NCBI RefSeq assembly: GCF_021869535.1
Contig: NW_026262734.1
Coordinates: forward strand, 87,420,001 to 87,484,000
DNA length: 64,000 nucleotides
Direction of reading: 5' to 3'
Source: Mytilus californianus
Taxonomy: Eukaryota
Translations under genes and position numbers: made by a program
Part shown: positions 39,796-50,618 of the stretch, piece by piece
Position numbering within the stretch: position 1 is the first letter of the stretch
Layout: each line of letters starts with the position of its first letter
The notes under the pieces: model-generated
The model's input: the letters and a program-made list of their open reading frames with translations, nothing else
What the model was told of the DNA's origin: nothing
Database searches by the model: none

Positions 39796-39916
39796 ATATA
39801 TGATACAGAGTTTGATGGAGTTGGTGTGAGAGTTTATGAACCTGTCAATCTTAAATCAAACAAAAGACCAGCATTAGTGTATTATCATGGCGGTGGTTGG
39901 TCCTGGTTATCTGTAG
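39796..39916 (+). CDS. AADAC/NCEH1-like, exon 3 (HGGG oxyanion motif)
   Basis: TGTAG|ATA..GTAG|GTAGGT, 121 nt, phase 0/1, encoding IYDTEFDGVGVRVYEP..RPALVYYHGGGWSWLSV. Confidence 0.92.
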
Positions 39917-40745
39917 GTAGGTTCAAGTATAGACTATGATTAATGTATTATTATGGTAGTTGTTGGTGGTTATATATGTATAGGTAGGGCGACGTTTATA
40001 TCACTATTTGTGTATTATCATGGCAGTGTTTGGTCCTGGTCATTTGTAAGTAGGTGCACATATAACACTATATTAGTGTATTATCATGGCAGTGTTTGGT
40101 CCTGGTCATTTGTAAGTAGGTGCACATATAACACTATATTAGTGTATTATCATGGAGGTGGTTGGTCCTGGTCATTTGTAAGTAGGTGACCATATAACAC
40201 TATGTTAGTGTATTATCATGGAGGTGGTTGGTCCTGGTTATTTGAATGTATGTATACGTATAGCCCAGCATTAGTGTATTATCATGGCGGTGTTTGGTCC
40301 TGGTTATTTGTTGGTAGGTATACGGATAGATCAGTATTAGTGTATTATCATGGCGGTGGTTGGTCATGGTTTTCTGTAGGTAGGTACATATATAAATCGG
40401 CATTTAAGTATTTTATTATACTGCGGTGGTTGGCCATTGTTAGGTACATGTATAGACAAGCCTTTATGTATTATTATGGTAGTTGTTGGTGGTTATGTAT
40501 AGGTAGGGAGAAGTTTATACCAATATTTGTGTATTATCATGTCATTACTTTGTCCTGGTTATCTGTAGGTGCACATATAAACCTACATTAATGTATTATA
40601 TGGAGGTGGTTGGTCCTGGTTATTTGTAGTTAGTTACACGTATAGACCAATATTAGTGTATTATAATGGCGGTGTTTGGACCAGGTTATTTGTAGTTAGT
40701 TACACTTATAGACCAACATTAGTGTATCATTTTTTGGTTGGTCAT
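39865..40745 (+). repeat. Tandem array (~14 units, mostly 66 bp) of the exon-3 3' end plus splice donor
   Basis: Repeated TAGTGTATTATCATGG(C/A)(G/A)GTG(G/T)TTGGTCCTGGT(T/C)AT(C/T)TGTA(G/A)GTAGGT. The units translate as VYYHGGGWSW variants. Confidence 0.9.
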
Positions 40746-41514
40746 GATTTACTTATCTGTACGTATATAGGTACAATTGTTAGTACACTGTATATCATTA
40801 GCAGTATTCAATAACTGTCATGTTTTAGGAAACAAACAATCAAATATATCGAAATTATCGATCTTTATCAAGGTTAAGAAGAAAAAACTGCGTTTGACTC
40901 TAATGGATTTACAAAAAGCTGCATTTTTATTTTAGAAACGCGACTGTTTTGTGCGTGATGATTAGTCCGTACGTCATATTACGTTTTAGCTTTTCAAGCA
41001 CATGCACTTGTCTCTGAACAAAATACCTAGTATATATACTTTAATATTAAAGTAAATAGGTTTTATTTTCAATAAGACAAGTGCCTGTGTTTTCAAGGTT
41101 ATTTTTGATAGCAAAAAAGATATCTCAATTGGTCCATTGCTACTAATAACATTTACTGGGTATGCTTAGCTTAGAGGTATAACGTCGGTAAACGAAATAT
41201 ATGATTTGTATATTTTACTGGAAATGTCGAAAATTTGAGCGGTTTGTTATTTTTCAATACACAAAACTTTCATTCGGGGGTCAAATTTGCGAATCGAACG
41301 GAAGTTGTCCCTTCACATATATAATGCTGATTTGTATACAAACGAATCGCGAAAGGGGCATTTACGCGCAATTAATGTGATTGCGAAATAATTGAAAATA
41401 ACACCCGCTCGAAAATTTCCACGTCTACAGTATAAACATCTGTGTTATTTAAGAGTACCGTGCAGCTGTCGTTACTATTTTTATTGTTGTATGAATGGTT
41501 ATAAATATCAATGC

Positions 41515-41789
41515 TTAGTCAGGAGCCTGTAATTCAGTGGTTGTCGTTTGTTGCTGTCTATCATATTTGTTTTTCGTTGATTATTTTGTACATAAATCAG
41601 GCCGTTAGCTTTCTCGTTTGAATTGTTTTACATTAATTTAGTCATTTCGGGGTCTTTTCTAGCCGACTATGCGTTATATGTTTTGTTCATTGTTGAAGGC
41701 CGTAATGGTGACCTATAGTTGTTAACTTGTATGTCATTTGGTCTCTGGTGGAGAGTTGTCTCATTGGCAATTATACCACATCTTCTTAT
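41515..41789 (+). repeat. Copy of the abundant tail repeat ending just before the exon-4 acceptor
   Basis: CAGGAGCCTGTAATTCAGTGGTTGTCG..CTCATTGGCAATTATACCACATCTTCTT. Confidence 0.72.
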
Positions 41790-41813
41790 GTTTATATTAA
41801 CAATTTTTTTCAG

Positions 41814-41877
41814 ATGTGTATGACGGAGCAACAAGGGCATTAGCTAAGCGAGTTGGTATGGTTGTAGTTTCTGTGAG
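41814..41877 (+). CDS. AADAC/NCEH1-like, exon 4
   Basis: TTTTTTTCAG|AT..AG|GTGAGT, 64 nt, phase 1/2, encoding (D)VYDGATRALAKRVGMVVVSV(S). Confidence 0.9.
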
Positions 41878-41920
41878 GTGAGTGTACACAATTTATCATT
41901 TAATTTTCAATTGAATAGAC

Positions 41921-42178
41921 TGCTATGGTTATCCTATTATATTTACACATGTATGATGAGAAATGCTATGGTTATCCTATTTTATTTACACATGTATGAT
42001 GAGAAATGCTATGGTTATCCTATTTTATTTACACATGTATGATGAGAAATGCTATGGTTATCCTATTTTATTTACACATGTATGATGAGAAATGCTATGG
42101 TTATCCTATTTTATTTACACATGTATGATGAGAAATGCTATGGTTATCCTATTTTATTTACACATGTATGATGAGAAA
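41921..42178 (+). repeat. Near-perfect 43-bp minisatellite, 6 copies
   Basis: TGCTATGGTTATCCTATTTTATTTACACATGTATGATGAGAAA starts at 41921, 41964, 42007, 42050, 42093 and 42136. Confidence 0.95.
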
Positions 42179-42744
42179 CTATCCGCTTTATTTGTAATCT
42201 GCAAGTGTGATAAACAAATGGCTTCAGTTTACACTGTTACATACTATGCAAAATGACAAAGATATAATGTGAAATAGCATTTTCTGTTTGAAGTCTTCAA
42301 TCAAATACAGTATATTATATAGGTCACTAGCTTTTGATATTGTGTCTGCTTAGACTCTTTCCTTTAATCAAGAAATGGCGCTTTTGATAATGTTTCTTTT
42401 TTATGACCGGTATAAGATAGTGAAATTTGTAGTAGATGAAGTTGTGGTCAAGTCAACATGAAACATAGCACACATCCATGTTCACTCTGATAGGAACTTT
42501 CAATGATTATGACAAATCATGGTTTTGATCCACATTTGCGGTTCTTTGCATATATATATATATATATATAGAAATATAAAGGTGTAAGCAGGGCCTGTTG
42601 TCTTTTGGACACATATCCTTGTTTCATATTGGCTTGGAAAAAAAAGTACTAAAAAACATTTCCTTTCATGACATTAAAAAATTGTTTATTGCAATATGAA
42701 AATGATGTTATAATATAAGTTTTTTGTTTTGTCTTGTTTTACAG

Positions 42745-43525
42745 TTACAGACAGTCGCCAGAGCATCCTCATCCAATACCCTTCGAAGACTGTTTAACTG
42801 CAACTAAGTACGTCGTCAATAACGCAAAATCTTTACATGTAGATCCGTCACGTGTAGCTATTTCCGGTGACAGTGCAGGAGGCCACTTATCAGCAGCCGT
42901 TGCTATGGCAATGAAGAAAGAAATCAAAATTTCCGTCCCAATTTACCCTTGTTTACAATTATTTGATCTACAAACACCGTCATATATTGAAAATAAAGAT
43001 TACATTCCAGGAATGCTTACCGATGTGTCCATGTTGACCTATTGGCTAAATTATGGAAATATCAGTTACAACTATATTGATGATATCTTAGCTAACAGAC
43101 ACACGTCTCAAAAACTGAAAGAATCATTGTATGCTAAATATGTTAGTCCAGATTGGTACATGACGGAACATATAAGAACACCAAGTTTACGAAATATGAA
43201 GAAAAAAACAAATTTTGGAAAAACTGAATTATCAGATAAAATACAAGAGACAATTTTAAACCCTGATTTTTCACCTCTGATGGTGCCGGACGCAAAATAC
43301 AAAGACTTGCCGCTTACATATGTGTTAACAGCCGGATATGACGTTTTACGTGATGACGGACTAATCTATTATCAGCGCCTAAAAAAGGCTGGTGCTAAAG
43401 TGCATTTGGCACATTATGCAGATGGTTTCCATGGTATGATTTTCTTTTTTGACGGTCCCATGCCATTTCAAGTAGGAATTCGTGCAATGAATGACCTTGT
43501 GCAATTTTTGAAGAAAAATTTATGA
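42745..43525 (+). CDS. AADAC/NCEH1-like GDXG-family lipase/esterase, exon 5 (catalytic exon)
   Basis: TTTTACAG|T completes the Ser codon. Encodes YRQSPEHP..GDSAG (nucleophile Ser)..GYDVLRDDG (Asp)..DGFHG (His), ending in TGA. AATAAA lies at 43600. The joined CDS from 32661 is 1254 nt, giving 417 aa. Confidence 0.95.
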
Positions 43526-43748
43526 TAAGGTGCTCAATATTTTAAAGATCTGTTATTGTCTAGATTATAGATTTATATGCAAGGGAATTGTAGCGAAGAA
43601 ATAAAAATATCTAAAATATGCAATGGTTTTATATTATCTGCATGAAATGAAGTTCATTTTGTGTTTTACTGATTAGTGAATTATTAATTGTTTCTGAAGA
43701 AGGTAAATACATTCATAGTGGATCGATCTTGTATAATTTATGTTTCGA

Positions 43749-43885
43749 TTGGTTGATTGTTTGTGTTAAACGCCACTTTCAGCACTTTTGGCTATACATC
43801 GTAGCGGCCAGTTGTTGATGGAGGAAGCCAGAGTGCCTGGAGAGAACCACCGACATGCGGCAGGAAAACTGGCAATCCTAAAACA
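43749..43885 (-). mobile_element. 5'-truncated copy of the tRNA-derived SINE
   Basis: Reverse complement matches 2490-2620 (GGTGGTTCTCTCCAGGCACTCTGGCTTCCTCC..GTGGCGTTTAAC). Confidence 0.75.
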
Positions 43886-44830
43886 ATAAGATGTGGTATA
43901 ATTGCCAATTAGATAACTATTCACCAAAGTTCAAATGAAGTGGATGTAAGCAATTAAAGACAACCATACGGCCTTTAGTAATGAGAAAAACCCAAACCGT
44001 ATAATCGGCTACAAAGGCCCCGGCATAAAAAATATAAAACAATTCAATTGTGAAAACTAACGGCGTGATTTATAACAAAACAATTTACCAAAAATAAATA
44101 TGACAGAGATGAACCAACGACAACCACTGAATTACAGGCTCCTGACTTGGGACAGGCGCATAGCGAATGTGGCGGGGTTAAACATGTTTGCGGGCTGTAA
44201 ACCCTCCCCTTACCTGGGACAGTGGTGTTAAAGCACAATATATGAACAAAATATCAAAATAAGTTAAAAAGAACCGAACTCATCAGATCGATACAAAGCA
44301 CAGACCGGACATTGCAAACCACAACAAAAAACACACTAAATACAGATCTGAGCGTACTCGCAGTTACCGACAGCTATAGTTCAAAGGCAATAACAACTAA
44401 TTAAAAAAACATTTATCTTAGACTAAAATATCAATCAGTACACATCCAACATCCAATGAATCTTGTTTACAGACGTCATTAACAGTCAGAGAAAAACACG
44501 ACCTTGTGCAATACCAAATTACAGGAGAACCGTGAATATGCTTATGCATTATACAAGTAACAATATTATTTAGTTTGGTTTTAATTTGCAGATCACAAAA
44601 TCAATATATATACCATTAAAAACAATATTCAAAGATCTCATTAGTGTTGAATAGGTAACCTTTTAGAATAAGTTTATTGAAAAGATCGATAAGTTTATCT
44701 GGATCGTATCTAAGTTTTTGGACTCGGTAAACAACATCTCCGTAAAAATTAGGATGTGCTATCCAGTTTCTACAGGTACAGCCAAACTTACAAACCAAAT
44801 CTGTGTATCTATATATGAAAGAATCATGTA
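43885..44830 (-). mobile_element. 5'-truncated Penelope-like retroelement: RT C-terminus plus long 3' tail
   Basis: ORF 44798-44616 (..IAHPNFYGDVVYRVQKLR..FNKLILKGY..) is homologous to 53592-53873 and continues into the abundant tail repeat. Confidence 0.7.
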
Positions 44831-46642
44831 CAGGATTTAAGTTATTTTTTGCAACGAAATCCCTGACTTAATAATTTACCAGAATACATAGATTACGTTC
44901 ATTGAAATCCAAAATGTCACTACAGACATGGGCATAGCGAACGAGTTGTGATATATAAACTAGTCAATTTAGTTGCAGACGAACGTTCCTGCCACGTGCA
45001 GGGTTCGTACTCACAACTTTAGTGAAAACAAATGACAGTATTGTGGCTTTCCAGTAGCTGTTGCAACAATTCTAACAAAATTAGCTATGCCAGCTATAGT
45101 GGACAATTTCACCTAAGCAGCCACGAGTGTAGAAACCAAGAAAAAATGGCAACCAAGAGAGGACAGACCAACACCGGATCAAAAGAAAAAATCCCTAAAG
45201 ATTTGTATTGCATGTCCCTCTTTTTGCTTTCTTAAAATTTTTAAAAATAATTCCAACCCGCCATTTATTTATGGAAGCTGTCCAAAGTCAAAGGTTGTCT
45301 TTGCTTATATTTAATTGCAATCGCCTTGTCCTTCCGTCTGTTCGTCAGTACATCTGTTTGTACAACAAATACACGCATTTCTCAGAATATGCTGGACATA
45401 ACATATACTGGATATGATGACTGTCCTAATATTTAGCAGCAGTTCAAGACGGATATGTCGAAACGTGTACAATGGACTTTTCTGGTCTGTGACACACCTA
45501 CTTCGTGTTTTCTGATACGTTGAAGACAACTGAAGGGTATCGATAGCAACACACCACAAGCATTTTTGTTAGTTTTTTTTTTGTGCGTATGTTTATTATT
45601 TGTCCAAATAAAGGTTTTTCTAAAAATGTTTTTTTTTTTCAAAAGTAAAGTCCCGCGTTGAATATTGTTAGTCGAGCGATAGAGATGGACACTCCAGTGC
45701 TAAAGATATAAAGTTGTTCAATGTGTCTTTGGTTGGCGTATTAAGGGTCGATACGGGCGGTAGGGACACAAAAGGGAAAGTTTCCTTTTAAACAAAAATA
45801 ATATATAGATGACTCTCTCGCTATATTTCAAACTCTCTACCCATAACAAAACCTAAAGAGAAACTTATAATGCATTCCAGACATATGTTATAGTTGCGCC
45901 AAATGTATTTCAATTGATTTTTGGCCGTTGCACTCTATAGGGACTGCTAGAAAATTGTGTAGCATGCCAACAAACTAGTTCAACTCCGTCACATTTGTGT
46001 ATGTGTCTATCCCAAGTCAGGAGCCTGTAATTCAGTGTTTGTCGCTGTTTGCTGTATATCATACTTGTCTTTCATTCATTGTTTTGTACATAAATCAGAC
46101 CGTTAATTTTCTCGTTTGATTTCGGGGCCTTTTAAAGCTGAATATGCCGTATGGCTTTTGCGCATTGTTGGAGGCCGTACTGTGACCTATAGTTGTTCAT
46201 TTCTATGTCATTTAGTCTCTTGTGGAGAGTTGTCTCATTGGCAAGCATACCACATCTTCTTATTTTTATAATTAATATGTATTGTACTTGTTTGACATAT
46301 ACATTGTATCTATAAAATATATTTGGTATTGTGATTCCATTTGAAGTGGTAAGGACTAAAAAAAGGGTTGATAATCAAGAATCCTCGTCCTTTGACCTGT
46401 GGTGGACAGTTGTCACACTGCCAATCACATCATATATCCTTAGTGTTATCAATTAACTCCCCCCCCCCCCCCCCACAAAAAAAAAACAACAAAAAAAACC
46501 AACACAAAAAACAACAACAAAAAAACACTCGGAGAAAAACGTTGGCTTAAGTTAGAAAATACATGTACTGCTCAATATACAAATTTATTCAATGAAATAT
46601 TCAAATATTTGGTCAATCGTTGTAATTTCCATCTTTTTGTCA

Positions 46643-46647
46643 CTAAT
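46643..46647 (-). CDS. Secreted Cys/Gly-Tyr-rich peptide A (173 aa), terminal coding exon (5 coding nt)
   Basis: CCTTGCAG|AT TAG completes the Tyr codon T|AT. The 3'UTR aligns with that of paralog B (56838 onward), and AATAAA lies at 46589-46584. Confidence 0.8.
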
Positions 46648-47533
46648 CTGCAAGGAATAAACACATGCTGTTCAAGGAAATCTATTCTTTACAATTCAAT
46701 GATATTTTGTGTACTATATATATATTTGTAAAATATCATTTGAAATAAGACTTTACGTGATACAACTGCTCATTCGTTTAGGAAAGAGGAAACAGGAGAT
46801 GAAATGTTTTTGCGATTTAAGTCTCTTAACTAATGTTATTTCTTTTCAGTCCGTGAACATTCGTGTATAATTTTGCTAAATTTCATTTATGTAAATTAGA
46901 AAGATGAAAAGCCTTAGGAAGTAATCTCTCATATCTTTACATAACTTTTAATTTAGGGAATAATAACTCTTCTATATACTCGCAGTTTTATTTGAAACTG
47001 TGTTTATATCTAGTCATTGCTTATAATCACTTCGAAAATGAAAAAAAAAAAAAAAAAAAAAACAACTAATGAAATCATTAATGTGATATGAAAGTAGTTC
47101 AAAACGTTCTTCCGTCAGTACAATACTAGTAGTAGTATTCCACTGTTTGTACATATTGATAGCTTAATCAATATTTGATTGGTTGAGACTATCCCACGAG
47201 TCAATGAACAAAACTTCATAGTCCCCTCTGAGCATCATATTCTCCTCTGAGCATCATATTCCCCTCTGAAGGTCGGGACTTCATCGTGCGACGTTACGTG
47301 CGATTAACGTACACAACGTTTTGAAGGTTTTTTTTTCGTTTAAAATAGCGATAGTAAAGTCATTATCGTCTTCAAATTTATTCCAGAAGACCAATATGTA
47401 TATTTTGATCCGTACTGTTTATCAATGTTTATGTCGTGTTCAGTTATAGATAAAAGGGGATAAGATAACAAATGTATGTAAATTAATATTTTATATTCAG
47501 GTTGTAAACAAATCATAGGCTGTGGAATACAAC

Positions 47534-47673
47534 TTTCATTTCCCTTGACTTCGGGAGATATGAAGATTTGTCTACCCTCGAAAAATCATATTTCACTCGG
47601 GCAAAGCCCTCATGTGATATGAATCTTCTTGGGTGAACAAATATTCATATCTCCCTCAGGCACGGGAAATAAA
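47534..47673. repeat. Fold-back element in the last intron of peptide A
   Basis: Arms ATTTCCC..GGGAGATATGAA / TTCATATCTCCC..GGGAAAT surround a CGGGCAAAGCCC loop. Confidence 0.72.
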
Positions 47674-47887
47674 TATATAGTATTAGATAAAAACTGTTTG
47701 ATACAGTACAATTGAGAGATGCTCGATGTGCCATTTTCTTAAGATAATGGTGAAAGTTTAGTGACACCAATACATATATCAAAATGCAATAGCATTAATG
47801 ACATTATTATTTATACTTATAGTATAATTTATACATATATTAAGCAATTAAAAAAATAATTATAATCGAGCCGTATTTCATACTTAC

Positions 47888-48320
47888 AAACTCGTTTCTT
47901 TCTGCCATAACTTCTAGATCCATAACCACCAGATCCAAAACCGCCAGACCCATAACCGCTATAACCACCCATACTGCCACCTCCGTAACCACCCATACTG
48001 CCGCCTCCGTAACCTCCGTAACCTCCGTAACCTCCCATACCGCCACCGCCGTAACCACCCATACCGCCTCCGTAACCACCCATACCGCCTCCGTAACCAC
48101 CTATACCGCCACCTCCATAACCACTCATACCATAGCCTCCATAACCACCAATACCGCCACCTCCATAACCCCCTCCTCCCCTGCCGTAGCTACTCCAACT
48201 ACCATAGATTCCCATATTCCAAGGACTTCCTGAATTTCCATATCTCCATCTTTGAACACATTTGTAATATGGGTACCATGGGAGAGGAATGCATTTCTTC
48301 CAAGGTGGACATACTCTAGG
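47888..48320 (-). CDS. Secreted Cys/Gly-Tyr-rich peptide A, main exon
   Basis: TTTAG|CCT..GTT T|GTAAGT, 433 nt, phase 0/1, encoding PRVCPPWKKCIPLPWYPYYKCVQRWRYG..(GGYGGGMGGY)n..SYGRKKRV. Confidence 0.9.
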
Positions 48321-49073
48321 CTAAACAGAAATAATAAATATTTGATGAATTGTAGTCTTAATAAGCTTAAAGAAATTAGAGAAAGCTTATTTGATTTTAA
48401 TCCAATACATTCCAATTAAATTTTCAAGGAGTAGAAATTGTACGTTAATTCTGAACGACCAGTAGTGTTCCGAATGACAACATATTTTTCAAATATATTC
48501 CAATTAAATTTTCAAGGATTATTAATTGTGTGTTAATTCTGAACGACCAGTAGTGTTCCGAATGACAACAAATTTTCAATACATCGTTTGTTTTGTTGTA
48601 TGAGATAAAAGTCCCAAATGAGGTTACCAAAGAATAAATGATTTTGTTTTTATCTTCCCATTATAACAATTTATCTTCCCATTATAACAAAAACAATTAA
48701 AAATAAAAAAGATAAGACTATTATTATAAATTAACATGATCATAAAATTTTTTTTTGACAAAACAAGAACAACAATTTAAACGCGTAAAAGAGAGCCGCA
48801 AGATATTAAACGGATATTCAAACTCATAAGTCGAAAACAATCTGACAATGTCATGGCAAAAGCGAAAAACGACGAAAAGACAAACAACAGTTCACAAATC
48901 ACAACATACAAAACTAAAGACTGAGCAACACGAACCCCACCAAAAACAGGGGTGATCTAAAGTGTTCCAGAAGGGTAAGCAGATCCTGCTCCAAATGTGT
49001 CACCCGTCGTGTTGCTAATGTAAGTAAAAACCCGGTACTAAGTATAATCCAATAGGTCAAATGATAGTACTTA

Positions 49074-49305
49074 GGGAACGACCATTTAACTTCAAAAGGG
49101 GGAGGGAGGAGGGGTTATGGTTTTTCCCTAAAAAAAATATTCTGATCCCCAATTCGATGAAAAAAATGTTGTGGTCAAGCAGATGACAAAAAAAAAATAT
49201 TCTGAATCTAGATTTTCCCCGTACCTTATAGTGTTAAATTTTGAGAAAAAAAAATCTGACTCAGACAAAAATCATAACCCCCCTTGAAGTTAAATGGTTG
49301 CTCCC
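49074..49305. mobile_element. PIF/Harbinger-like MITE (TTA TSD)
   Basis: TTA|GGGAACGACCATTTAACTTCAA..TTGAAGTTAAATGGTTGCTCCC|TTA. Confidence 0.75.
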
Positions 49306-49335
49306 TTAGATAACCATGTATAACATCTATCTTAC

Positions 49336-49361
49336 CCATGAATAGCATCTAGCAGTTGTTT
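49336..49361 (-). CDS. Secreted peptide A, 26-nt microexon
   Basis: TTTCAG|AA ACA ACT GCT AGA TGC TAT TCA TGG|GTAAGA encodes (E)TTARCYSW; 25 of 26 nt are identical to the paralog B microexon. Confidence 0.9.
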
Positions 49362-50560
49362 CTGAAATAATAAGAATAAGTGATATCACATATAAGGCAA
49401 TGGGTAACACATACTAAGTTACAAGTTTCTGACACTAGGAGTACGTATACGCTGTAAACATTATTGAATCAATAAATGCTTGGGGTACACGTTAATGAAA
49501 TTATCGAGAGCTTAACATAGTTTTTATATAAGTGTCTACTGTTGAAGACTGTATGTTGCACTTACTGTCGATAAACTATCAACAAATGAAATTATCGAGA
49601 GCTTAACATAGTTTTTATATTAGTGTCTACTGTTGAAGACTGTATGCTGCACTTACTGTCGATAAACTATCAACAAATGAAAGACTTTTACTAACACAGA
49701 AATACATGCTCTCTTGCAAGGTGGGTTTCATTATTAAAAACAACATATGTGACATATTGTGTTTGCTCATTTGTGAGCTGATTTGAGCCCCTTAATAATA
49801 GTTCATTGCCTACTTGAAGGGACAAAGTGGATACAAATTTTGTATCATGTTTATATTTTATGGGACAGTTTTCCTGAAATGACAGTTTTTTCTCCAAACT
49901 TCCATAATGATATCATGCTTTAATAAAAGCGATATACATAGCAAGTTCGTTGTCTGACTCAGCTAGGCAAGACCCTTCCTATTGTAAGTCGAACCTGATA
50001 TATTACAATATAAATATATGTAAAATCCCGCTTATTGTTTCGTCCTATTCCCGTATCCCGCTTTTCATTGTAATAATAACGCTTGTAATTCCACTGTCCC
50101 CCGACCTCGTTTCCCGTTTTCACGTATACTAATTTGACTTTCACGTGTCACGCTTACAAAAAATCGACCAAGCCCGTTTCACACTTAAACAAAAAGAGAC
50201 CCACTTCTTATAGGGAACGTTTTTTTCAGAATTATCACATTTCTGTATTTATGTAATTTGTTTAATAGGCCAACATTTTCTATTTGTAGCTTAAACGTAA
50301 TTATCTTTGAAACTCATGAGATCGGACACACACAAGAAGCATCCATAACCATTTGTTTTAAAGCTTGGGGTTCGACTTTGTCTAAGACCTTACCCGTGAC
50401 TCGAAGCGATTCTGTAAGGGAGATGTAGATTTATTTGGATACTAAGCCCCTCTTGTCAAAAATACATGAAAATAATGCTATCATTTTTCACTTCATCCAG
50501 AGTTGTGCAATAGGATTCAAAAGCATTTGATACTTTGCTTAGACATGGTTGAAATCATAC

Positions 50561-50618
50561 CTTGTATTGCTATTCCAAACAAGAAAATGCAGACTAAGAG
50601 GCAAGTCATAGGCTTCAT
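50561..50618 (-). CDS. Secreted peptide A, signal-peptide exon
   Basis: TTTTAG|ACAACC ATG..CAA G|GTATGA encodes MKPMTCLLVCIFLFGIAIQ. Confidence 0.9.

Noticed and set aside
40202-40591. 129-aa ORF with repeated HGGGWSW motifs as a separate gene
   Set aside because: It is a by-product of the 66-bp frame-preserving array in AADAC intron 3 and has no independent promoter or splice support.
45090-45560. Coding-like stretch with Cys-containing short ORFs
   Set aside because: Stops occur in all frames and no motif was recognised, so no feature can be supported.
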